From NCBI GenBank assembly GCA_964016885.1, contig OZ024743.1, positions 88,784,001 through 88,848,000 on the forward strand: a stretch of DNA of 64,000 nucleotides, written 5' to 3'. How positions within the stretch are numbered: position 1 is the stretch's first letter; every line of letters begins with the position of its first letter. This DNA comes from Eledone cirrhosa. Its lineage: Eukaryota. The translations under genes were made by a program, and so were the position numbers. The notes below the pieces were generated by a model. The model had not been told where the DNA came from and did not search any database. It worked only from the letters and a program-made list of their open reading frames with translations. Of the stretch, positions 53,120-64,000 are shown one piece after another.

Positions 53120-53400
53120 TGAAACTGTTGTACAATTCATTGCCTCTTCATTAAAATAGAAAACAAACAACAGTGAAAATTGTTTGTTTACAATTTTACA
53201 ACTTTGGAAGTCTCACAAATGATCTTCATGCCAATAACTGAATTCTAATTAGCTGTATTCTAAGTAATTAATAGTCTAAAGACAGATAAATTAGAAATAA
53301 TAAACAACAACGACAAAACAAAAAACAAACCAATGAAAACAAAATTATCTAACCTTACCCTTGATTGATCTAATCATAATAGATTATATATTGTATATTT

Positions 53401-53690
53401 GGAGGCGTGTGGCCTAGTGGTAAGGGTGTTGCATTTACAATCATAATATTGTGGGTTTGATTCCTGGGCTGGGTTGTGCGTTGTGTTCTTGAGGAAAACA
53501 CTTCATTTCACATTGCTCCAGTATACTCAGCTGAAAATGAATACCAGTAATAGCTGGGAGTTTAACCCTGTGATGGACTGGCATCCTGTCCAGGGGAGTC
53601 TTGTACTCTCCATCGCTTTGCTTCACACCACGTAACCAGGATAAGCACCAGCCCTGATGAGCCTCCTGGCTAGAGACAGAATTTAATAAT
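53401..53690 (+). mobile_element. tRNA-derived SINE family C
   Basis: TGGCCTAGTGG A box; GGTTTGATTCC B box; shared core; distinct tail aaccctgtgatggactggcatcctgtccagggg. Confidence 0.85.
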
Positions 53691-53950
53691 AATAATAATA
53701 ATGAAATTATTGTGTACAGGGCTCAGGTGCACTACAACTCATCAAAGGTGCATGTATAGTACATAGAATAATATACAAATGTCAGGGAAGTGAATAGTGT
53801 GAGTCATGATATACATGTGTGCATGTATATGGAGGGGGAATATTAGGTGTAGTGTTGGCAAATCTCAGGAAGCATGGAGGTTTTAAAGGATACAGTGTCT
53901 TGGCAGCTAATAACTGATGCAGGTAGTTTGTTCCATGCTTCAGCAACTCT
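53690..53950 (-). mobile_element. CR1 3' end fragment
   Basis: Reverse complement of 51410-51670. Confidence 0.88.
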
Positions 53951-53959
53951 TTAGATATA

Positions 53960-54240
53960 GTGAAGGCAGATGGCTTAATAGTTAAGCCATCTGATTGATT
54001 GACAAGTTGTGATTTTGATTCCCAAACTGGGCAACACATTCTGTCCTTGAACCAGACACTTTATTTCACATTGCTCCAATCCACTCGGCTGGAGAAAATG
54101 AGTTGTAGCTGTAATTCAAAGGGCCACCATTGTTACACAGAATGTACCTGAGAATTACATTGAGGGTAAACATGTCTGTGGAATACTCGGCCATATGTGT
54201 GTTTATTTCTTGAGCAGGCTAGTTCGTTGTTCAAGCAACT
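53960..54240 (+). mobile_element. tRNA-derived SINE with the same head/core and another tail
   Basis: gtgaaggcagatggcttaatagttaag...tgtccttgaaccagacactttatttcacattgctcca. Confidence 0.65.
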
Positions 54241-54265
54241 TGTCAGAGGTCATCAACCACATCAC

Positions 54266-54306
<41 letters not shown>

Positions 54307-55419
54307 ACATCATCTCCGTTTAACACCCATTTTTCCATGCTGAGATGGGTTTATATAAACTTTTATATATACAACCCTTGTCAAGTCCTCTCTAGATTTT
54401 GGTCTTTGTATTATACATTTTATTAAGGCTAAATATTTAGCCTTAATAAAATGAATATTTAAACTTTACTTCAGTATTGAGTACTCTTTTCTCTCAGCTG
54501 TCAGCTACATATGGATACACACACACACATACGGGGGCAAACAGTGCTCAAGGAGCAGCCATTTTATTCACAGAGTTGGTCATGAGAAGAATCTTTGAGA
54601 GAACTGTATTGGCTTTTGAAGAGACCATACTTAAGTCCTATCACCTCTGTGCTGATCAAGCCCACACTATTTACCCATGGATACACTCCTTTTATTGTTA
54701 TTGGTCTGGCCCATGGTCTGGCCTATGCAAATATGGAAAATAGACATGGTATGATGATGATGATGATGATGATATATATCATCATCATTATCATCATCAT
54801 CATTACCGTTTATTGTCCATTTTTCCACGCTAGCAAGGGTTAGACGAGTTGTCCTGTTGTGAGACAAGCCAGATAAGATGACCGTGTCTTGCTCATACTG
54901 ATTTTGGTTTGCTTTCTATGGCTGGATGCCCTTCCTAACACCAGTGTATATATATATATACAAACCCATGCAAGCGTGGAACACGGACGTTAAACGTTGA
55001 TGATAATGATGATGATGACACATTGTAGAGTCTCCCATATTAAATATAATGAGTGCAAAATCTTCAATTTGCTCATTTTCATAATTTGAAGAGACAGACT
55101 CCTCATTAAGTTGTTTAAATCTAAAAGTAAAAGCAAGTGAGATAACTCTTTGAATACCAATTAACACAAATTTTTGGGAAAAATTTAGACAATCTATACA
55201 CACACACATACAAGTCCATACATACATAGTATCTCTCTCACAATAACACACACACACACACATATACACACAGGAGAGCATAGTCATCCAAGGTGAGTGG
55301 GTACGGAGTGACCAGCTAAATGGTCAGTGACTAGCTGAGAGGTCAATAGTGTGTGTCCAGTCAATTATGCCAGGTTGCATGAGTGCCAAGGTATTTAATG
55401 CCCGAGTCCAATTAGCTGT

Positions 55420-55763
55420 AACTAGGTACCACCCCTGTTGGTCACAAATGACCATGGAATTTGTACCTAGAAAGTTCCCCACCGAAGCACAAGTCCAGAC
55501 AAGGCTGTTTGTGGAAGACCAGCAGTCGTCCATGCATACCAGTCTTTCCTCTCCACACCACTGGTGATGTCCAAGGGAAAGGCAATGGCCGATACAGCTT
55601 GGCATCAGTGACGTCACAACTCATTTCTACAGCTGAGTAAACTGGAGCAATATGTAATAAAGTGTCTTGCTGAAGGACACAACACATCACCCAGTCCGGG
55701 AATTGAACTCACAACCTTTCGATTACAAGCCCAATGCTCTAACCATTAAGCCATGCACCTTCA
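55420..55763 (-). mobile_element. tRNA-derived SINE family D
   Basis: Head and core nearly identical to SINE B; different 3' part. Confidence 0.8.
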
Positions 55764-56298
55764 CAAATTAGAGATACAACCCATTTTTTCCAGTTGAATG
55801 AACTGAACTAATATGAATTAAATTTCCCTCACAAGGCATTGGTCAATACTGGTTATAGTAGATGACCGTTACCTATTGTATCACACAGTGGGACTGAAGC
55901 CAGAACTATCTAGTTATGAATCAATCTCCTTCCCAATACAGCCATGTCTGCACCTATCTTTTTAAATCAGCTCAACTAGAATATTCTGTAGAACAAACTG
56001 TATTTCTAGAGAGATTTTTAACAAAATGAGCTGAAAGTAAATTAGTTAATTAGTAGTATAATTAATTAATAGTCATTGAAAGTCTGTATGTACAGTCAGT
56101 CTACAAGCTGCTTCTCTGGCATCACATTATTTCCTCTTGGTATTAATTGACACACCACACCATAGTTTGTGTTATATAAACATCAATAAGACTCTCACTC
56201 ACTCATTGTACATTGTCATACATTATATATATATTTATATATACACATAATATTCATGTCTGATTATACAAGTATGCAGTTGTATGTGTGTGTATATA

Positions 56299-58212
56299 TG
56301 TAACGAAGGATAACAAAAGTTGTTTAGATGAATAACAAGAATAACTGAATTACTTTATATATAAAAAAGGTTTACTTCACTTCAGTCAAAAAGAACAATA
56401 AACAAGTTACCACGAGTTGCAAAAGTTGACGATGTATTTTTGTTGTTAGTTCATGAGGCTGGTGTAGTCTAAGACCAGGAGAAAGAGTGAGTAATGGTCT
56501 GTGGTTGTCTGTGGTCCTCTGTGGCCTGTAGGTAGCGGTGAATCTTTACATAGCTAGAACTATAGAGTACGGCTCTGATCTCTCTGCTGGTAAACGTGGG
56601 AAAATATAGGCTTTATATACCTGTCGCTTTCTGTCTCGCTGCCTCGAGGGATCGCCCACGCATGAAAAAGATGGTGACCTAGAATTTGACTTTTAGGTGT
56701 CACCCAAGGTTCAAGGCGTGGACAGATTTCGCTACATTAGTTCCCTACCCAGATCGATGCAGGAGCAGCGATCGATTAGAAAAGGGGTAGCGAAATCTCA
56801 TTCTAAAAGCGTGTCCCAAAACACACAAAATCTGGGTACTGCGCCCGCATTTCGAGTGCAGAGAAATTTGGAGAGAGGAAAAAAAAAATATTGTATAACT
56901 GTATGCATGTGTGGGTGTAACATTTAGAAGAAACTGTAAATATACAAAGTTGTGATCATGTATTTTGAACTGTTGTGTATGGATGGCTGAACGTTCGGGG
57001 TTGCAGTATCAGATTACGATATGATACAACACACGACTATTTCTCTCGATGTATCATCATACGTAAGAGTCTCTTCCAGTGAGTCGAGGTTTATGCTAAG
57101 ACATGAGTGTGTGCAATTTTGAGTTGCGTGCCTGAGTGAGTCCAGGCGTGTAGTACCTGTATGTTGTTACTCATGTGTTTAATAGCTGTTGCCGAACCTC
57201 GACCAGTTGAAAAGTGATCTCGCAGAAACCCAACCGAATCCAGAACATACCATAGACAAAAACATGTTGGTGTATGACAAAGAAAATGATGTGTGTTTGA
57301 TGCAAAACGTGTATGTTCATACAGGCATATAATACAGTAAAAAAAATAAAAAAATAAAATGAACGTTTATATATAACCTGTAAAAAAAATATATATATTT
57401 ATATAATTGTTCTTTACAAAAAGTTCAGCTTTCTCTTCTTTATGTGATCGTTTTCTTGCTAGGAAGCTAGTAGTATTGTCTGTTGTTGTTGAAGCACGTG
57501 GTGAAGTGTTTGGTAATGAATCGAAACATAAAAGCAAAGTCACTGTAAATATTCTGCAGAATGGAAGTCCGGCAAACAATTTGAAAAAATGAAGTCTTAT
57601 CATATCGTAGAATATAGATGAGAAGCTTGGTAAGAGAAAGTTGTTGACATTGGCAATGGAAGCCATGATCAGAAAAAAAAGTTGCGTGTTTTCGTTTTTT
57701 AAAATACCACTTCATATTTTTTTTATTTTTTATCTTTTATCTCTTCGAGTTCACCATTGTAACGAAGGGTATTAGTAGTGGTTGTTAGAAGAAATAACAA
57801 GAATAGCTGAATTACTTTATATATAAAAAAGGTTTACTTCACTTCAGTCAAAAAGAACAATAAACAAGTTACCACGAGTTGCGAAAGTTGACGATGTATT
57901 TTTGTTGTTGGTTCATGAGGCTGGTGTAGTCTGAGACCCGGAGAAAGAGTGAGTAATGGTCTGTGGTTGTCTGTGGTCCTCTGTGGCCTGTAGGTAGCGG
58001 TGAATCTTTACATAGTTTTTCTATAGAGTATGGCTCCGATCTCTCTGTTGTTAAACATGGGAAAATATAGGCTTTATATACCTGTCGCTTTCTGTCTCCC
58101 TGCCTCGAGGGATCGCCCACATATGAACCTGTCCACACCGAAAAGGATGGTGACCTAGAATTTGACTTTTAGGTGTCACCCAAAGTTCAAGGCATGGACA
58201 GATTTCGCTACA
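56299..58212 (-). mobile_element. Non-autonomous LTR retrotransposon (LTRs 56299-56736 and 57758-58212)
   Basis: Direct repeats of about 440-455 bp, TGTAACGAA...TTCGCTACA; minus-strand PBS TGGTGAACTCGAAGAGAT next to 57758; PPT GGGTAGGGAACTAA next to 56736; TATA on both flanks; no pol in the 1 kb interior. Confidence 0.9.
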
Positions 58213-59839
58213 TATATATGTATGTATATATATATATATATCATCATCATCATCATCATCATTTTACGTCCGCTTTTCCCTGCTTGCAAGGATATATATA
58301 TATTTAGCAGTGAGGTATATAATAGTAATAGCGCCACAAGTAACCATTTTAGCAGAAAGATATGCTAGTAATATCGACAACGAGTAACATAATAATGATG
58401 TCAACAAGAGAATTAAGAGATGAGATGTATGTTTATTTGTTGTAGCACAAAGTAATGTTTGTTTAATTGGATAGTTAAAGTTAAACATAAAAGGGTTATA
58501 AAAGGAATGTGGCATTGTGCCAAGCCCAAGGAAGGCCGACAGGCCAAAGTGCAAATCTCACCGTTACATATTGTTTGTGCTTGCGGAGCAAAAGAAGAAG
58601 TGGTCTTTACCTTAGCATGGTCAAACTGCAAGAGAGAGATTTCTGAGCTGATGCGGGAAATTTTGCTTCAGGGCGTGTCGAGATACATTCTCCTATGCTG
58701 GTGGCGATTGGCTGGGCTGAGCCAAATAATGCACAGAGAATGTATCTATGAGCCCAAGGAACGTAGGTCACTACATATATATATATATATAAGACAGTAT
58801 ATAGTGAAAAATACACAAAGACGTATGTGTTCAATTATAGGGGATTGAACACACCTCTTTGTGTATTTTTCTCTATATACTGTCTTATAAAGACCCGGAA
58901 TCAATTCATTGAGCTTATTAAATTATAGGGATTAACATGAGTCTTTCACTTTTTTAATTTGTTATATATATGATTATACAAGTATGTGAATATCTATATA
59001 TGATTATAGTACAAATATATATATATTTAAATATACAATAATAAAATGGACGAGGTGTTAAATTTTTATTACATTTATTAAGGTGTTATGTGCATTTCGC
59101 GATTGATCAGCTCAAAGTTTGATCTGTATTGATCAGGCCCAACTCTGGAATCAAAAGCTTATCAGACTTCTGTTATGGTAATGTTATATATATAGTAGTG
59201 AAAAAAATGGGAGGTTGTATACAAAGGATTCTAAAGGGTTATCACAAGAACGCTATAACCATACATGAGTTGGATAACCCTTTGGGTGAAACACATCTTC
59301 AACTATAGCTTGTTAATTTGTTGTGGAATTAACTCTCTCTCTCTCTTTCTTTGTATATATATACTCCATGTCAGCATGGAAAAACAGATTTTAAATGATG
59401 ATGATGTGATGGTATTGATGATACATGTGTATATAAGTACTGGAGTTGATATGACCAACTAAATCCCTTCAATGTGGTACCCTAGCACGGCTGCAGTCTA
59501 ATGACTAAAGCCAGTAAAATATTAAAAGAATGTCTCCGTGACATTCATATATAACTATGTCTATATTTATATAAATGTAATCTGAGTTTTTCGAATATTA
59601 ATAATAACATTCGAATGTAAATATTTATATATATTTACATTTATTAGGAGCATAAATATTGCTTATGTTAATGAAGAGAAGGGACCACAGATTGTTTTAA
59701 GGTTTGTGAGGGTGCAGGGCTGTTTCTTACCGTTATAAAGTGGAGTATCTGCAGCTGGGGATTGGAATTAAGTTACAGAATGAACTTTGCTCTTGTCTAA
59801 AAATAATACATACAAATAGACATATATGCATATAAATAT

Positions 59840-60345
59840 ATATCATCATCATCATCTCTGTTTAACGTCCATGCTAACATGGGTTAGATGAGTTGTCCCA
59901 TTGTGAGTCAAGCCAGGTCAGATGACCGTGTCTTGCTCATAGAACTGTTTCTGGCTTGGTTTCTATGGCCGGATATCCTTCCTAATGCCAACCACATTTG
60001 CAGCGTTGACTGGGTTCCTTTTATCATGTCACTAACACAACCACTTTACAGTGTGGACAGAGTGTTTTTTGTTGTAGCACCAAAGTGACAACTTTACAGT
60101 TTGGACTGGCACCAAAACGGTCAATTTTTGTTGTCATCATCACAAACCCATTACAAATTGGACTGGGTACTTTTGTCGTGTCAGCAGCCCATGTACACCA
60201 TAGGACAGGCCGTGTGTCTCCAACATGACCACCTTAATGAGTAGACTAGAGGCTTTTATTATGTCACCAGCATGATCACTTTACAGGGTGGACTAGAGGC
60301 TTTTGTTGTGTCACCAACATGACCACCTTACAGGGTGGACTGAGA
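59840..60345 (-). mobile_element. RTE/SINE 3' tail with several degenerate ~45 bp internal repeats
   Basis: (CAT)n, terminal stem-loop and repeated ccactttacagtgtggac units. Confidence 0.7.
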
Positions 60346-60559
60346 GATATCAGCCATTGGCCACTTCAACATTGTGGGAGAACGTGTTCATCTTTCCAAG
60401 CTTGTTGGTCAAGAGAGGTGGTCAGATGTGGAAAGTGGGGGTGGAATTAGAGATGTAGGTCTATTGTAGGGGTGCTTAGCTGGTGAAGGGGGAGGTTTAG
60501 GATGTGGGAGGTGTAAGGAAGAGGGAAGGGGAGAAGTGGTGCATACAAGCAATTGCTAG

Positions 60560-61576
60560 ATGTTACTTCAACCCATGCACATGGAAAGGTGGGTCTTCTG
60601 CAGTACTATATGGTGAGGTGGGGAGAGATGTGATGCATACTTGAGCCCACTAGATGTTGCTACATCCCATGCCCCTGGGAGGGTGAGTCTTCTGCAGTAC
60701 TACTTCACACCAGAGATCTTGATCCTGTGTCATCGACTTTAAGAGGTGAAATTGTATGAGAGCATCTTTTATCACCTCACCCTAAAGTTTCCTAGGTCTA
60801 CCTCTTTCATAGCTTCCATTAACTTTGAGCACCCTGCACTTTTTTATGCAGCTGTCATCCTTCATATGCATTACATGTCCATACCACCACAATTTCCTAT
60901 CCTGCACACTGCATCTAATCCCTCTTATGCCCAGTTTCTCTCTCTGTTAATTTATGCTTTGCCGTTCATGAATATTACTATCACACATCCATCAGAGTAT
61001 GCAAGTTTCATTTCTTTCCAGTTTTTGTAGGTCCTTTGCACACAGCACCCAGGTTTCACTACCATGCAGCATTGCTGTTCATATACATGCATCATACAAT
61101 CTGCCCTTTATTTTGAGAGAAAAACCTATTATAGTTAGCAGTGGTAGTAGCTCCCTGAACTTTTTCCATCCCATTCTCACTCTGGCTACAGTACTCTCAG
61201 AACACACTCCTCCACTGCTAATTTGGTCACCTAGGTAACAGAAATTATCGGCTACTTTTACAAAGCCCTCTGAGTATCTAAAAGAGCTAGTATCCTATGG
61301 GCTCTTGTTACTTATTGCACCTGTGCATCAACCACATATAAAACCTATATTCTTTGCTAGCCTGCCTGAGATCCCACTACATTCCTTGTGTACTCATAGT
61401 TTGCATTTGGGACATAGGATGGAATTTCTACCTACTCCTTTCCTGCACACTGAGCAAGGCCATTTCCCTCAGGGAATCTGGGCCCTGTTTTCCTTCTACA
61501 TAGTAGAACTTTAGTCTTTGACAAGTTAACTTTAAGACCTTTTGATCCTAGGCCATGCTTCCAGGTTTGAAATTTG
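60560..61576 (-). pseudogene. Decayed RTE family 1-related copy, including the PHD region
   Basis: Homologous to 34860-35760, with stops and frameshifts. Confidence 0.85.
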
Positions 61577-61597
61577 TATATATATATATATATATCT

Positions 61598-62170
61598 CAT
61601 CATCATCATCATCGATTAACGTCTATCTTCCATGCTAGTATGGGTTAGACGGTCCCCATTTACAGGCAAGTTGGGTCAGGTAACTGTGTCTCACTCATAT
61701 AGGGGTGTTGCTGGCTGGTTTTCTATGGCTGGATGCCCTTCCTAACACCAATCACATTGACAGTGTGGGCTAGGTGCTTTTTGCCGTGTCTTTTACATGT
61801 CCACTTTACAGTGTGGGCTGGGTGTTTTTTGCCGTGTCTTTTAAAATGTGGGCTGAGGGGTGGGGATACTGTATATATGCTCAGCTTGTGCTTGTGGGAA
61901 GTTGGGTCTTCTGTGTTTCTGCATATCGCCAGAGATCCCGGTTGTGTGTCATCGCCTTTGGTGCAGTTGGGCAGGGTTGACTTTTATCACTTCATCTCAA
62001 GTCTTCCTGGCTCTCCCCACTCCCAGGCTTTCAACGACTTTGAGCGCTCTGCACTTTTTTATGCAACTGTCATCCTTCATATGCAACACATGTCCATACC
62101 AACGCAATCTCCTCTCCTGCACACAGCATTTGATTCCTCTTATGATTTGATTCCTCATATGATTCCTCTT
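61598..62170 (-). pseudogene. Decayed RTE 3' end
   Basis: IRGIKCCVQERRLRWYGHVLHMKDDSCIKKCRA plus 3' UTR. Confidence 0.85.
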
Positions 62171-62177
62171 ATATATA

Positions 62178-62247
<70 letters not shown>

Positions 62248-62473
62248 TTGTTGTTCCTATTTGCTGCTGTGCTGATAAGCGTTTTGGCATTGATACACTG
62301 GTTGGATGCCCTTCCTAACACCAGCGCCACTTTACACCATGGACTAGGTGCTTTTATTTGTGCCACCAGCACTAGAGAGGATGTCTTACTAGGCTCAAGG
62401 GCCCTCTCTACCCCTCCATTTTACACCATGGTCATAAAAAAAAAAAAAAAAAATTGATAGACACATTTTTCAA

Positions 62474-63127
62474 ATGCAGGAGGGTGCTATAGAAGTGGTG
62501 GATAGCTTTCGGTACCTAGGAGATCAGATTAGCATGGGAGGAGGCTGTTCCGAGGCCATAGTATCTAGAATAAGGACGGGTTGGAAGAAGTTTAGGGAGC
62601 TGCTTCCTCTGCTGATGAAGAAGGGTTTCTCCCTGCGTACGAAAGGCCGATTGTATGATGCCCGTGTGAGGAGCGCGATGCTGCATGGTAGTGAGACATG
62701 GGCAGCAACTGCAGAGGATATGCGACGGTTGGAGAGAAATGAGGCAAGCATGCTCCGTTGGATGTGCAGTATAAATGTGCGTGAACGACCCAGCATGAAT
62801 GTGTTGAGAGAGAAACTGTGTCTAGGAGGGATAGAATGTAGTGTACGGGAGAGGAGACTGAGGTGGTATGGACATGTGATGCACATGGAGGATGACCGAT
62901 GGGTGAAGAAGTGCCAGGAAATGCCAGTTGAAGGAAGACGTGGTAGAGGTAGACCACGAAAAACATGGGCGGAGGTGGTGAGAACAGATCTCAGATCATT
63001 AAAGCTCACGGTGGAGATGACGAAGGACCGTGACGAGTGGAGAGATGCTGTGCTGAATAAGACCCGTCCCACCCTTGCGAGCAGGGAAGAGCGGACGTAA
63101 AATGATGATGATGATGATGATGATGAT
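62474..63127 (+). mobile_element. 5'-truncated RTE family 2 copy; ORF 62474-63100 runs directly into the (ATG)n tail
   Basis: IEVVDSFRYLGD...LHGSETW...RLRWYGHV...RGRPRKTW...KTRPTLASREERT*. Confidence 0.92.
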
Positions 63128-63339
63128 ATATATATATATTTATAAACATATATATCACTAGATATACAAAATAAACATACTTATATATCATCATCATCAT
63201 CATTTAACGTCTATCTTCCAGGCTAGCATGGGTTAGACAGGTTTATATATATATAAACACCATGCACACTATACAACACCATACAAAAACAACACAGCAA
63301 CATTCAACACCATATAGTGCTAAGCCCTACCATACCCAA

Positions 63340-63540
63340 TATAATTATTGTGTACAGTGCTCAGGTGCACTACAACTCATCAAAGGTGCATGTATAGTAC
63401 ATAAAATAATGTACAAATGTCAGGAAAGTGAACAGTGCATGAGTCATGATACACACAGACACACACATGCACATGCGTGCGTGTGTATGGAGGGGGAATA
63501 TCAGGTATAGTGTTGCTGCATTTCGGGAAGCATGGAAGCT
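63340..63540 (-). mobile_element. CR1 3' UTR fragment
   Basis: aattattgtgtacagtgctcaggtgcactacaactc... Confidence 0.85.
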
Positions 63541-63675
63541 CTATCATAGCTGCCATACAACACTATACACTGCTCCACCATACAACCTAACATTACCCAA
63601 TATACCACACTAACCAACAACTATATATAACATAATACGTATGTATATATATATAGTATATATATACATAACATG

Positions 63676-63782
<107 letters not shown>

Positions 63783-63941
63783 TAAGAATATTTTCGAAAC
63801 AGCGAGTTTGAAATTAGAAATATAAGCTATCGCCGTGTTTTGACTAAAAAAATGATTTAGCCTGATAGTGGGGTTAAGAACCCTCGGAGAAATGGAAAAA
63901 GATGAGTATTGACTCCCGTGTACATCAATACTCATCTTTTT

Positions 63942-64000
63942 CTGTGCTGAATAAGACCCGTCCCACCCTTGCAGGGAAGAGCGGACGTAAAATGATGATG
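63942..64000 (+). mobile_element. Very short RTE family 2 3' terminus
   Basis: Nearly identical to 63048-63110. Confidence 0.85.

Noticed and set aside
53654-53685. CTGATGAG in the SINE C tail as a hammerhead
   Set aside because: No properly placed GAAA, stem III or stem I.

Overview
This is an AT-rich, repeat-saturated eukaryotic window, intronic or intergenic. The SINE/LINE/microsatellite mix resembles octopus (coleoid cephalopod) DNA; that assignment is inference. No intact host gene is recognisable, only a few low-confidence candidate micro-exons. Almost all ORF-track entries are translated microsatellites. Supported content: (1) at least four RTE-clade LINE families, including a young 5'-truncated copy at 34453-37351(-) whose reverse transcriptase carries an embedded C4HC3 PHD finger; (2) Tx1/L1, CR1, CRE-like and Penelope-like remnants; (3) a 1.9 kb non-autonomous LTR element with a PBS and PPT; (4) several modular tRNA-derived SINE families; (5) piggyBac, hAT and mariner MITEs with target-site duplications (TSDs); (6) two TE-derived minisatellites with 46 bp and 93 bp units. 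The most striking hidden structure is a set of at least eight type-I hammerhead ribozyme motifs (CTGANGA...GAAA...TH) from about six distinct sequence families. Most sit in (TA)n-flanked modules typical of Penelope pseudo-LTRs, and half of them lie inside long fold-back inverted repeats.
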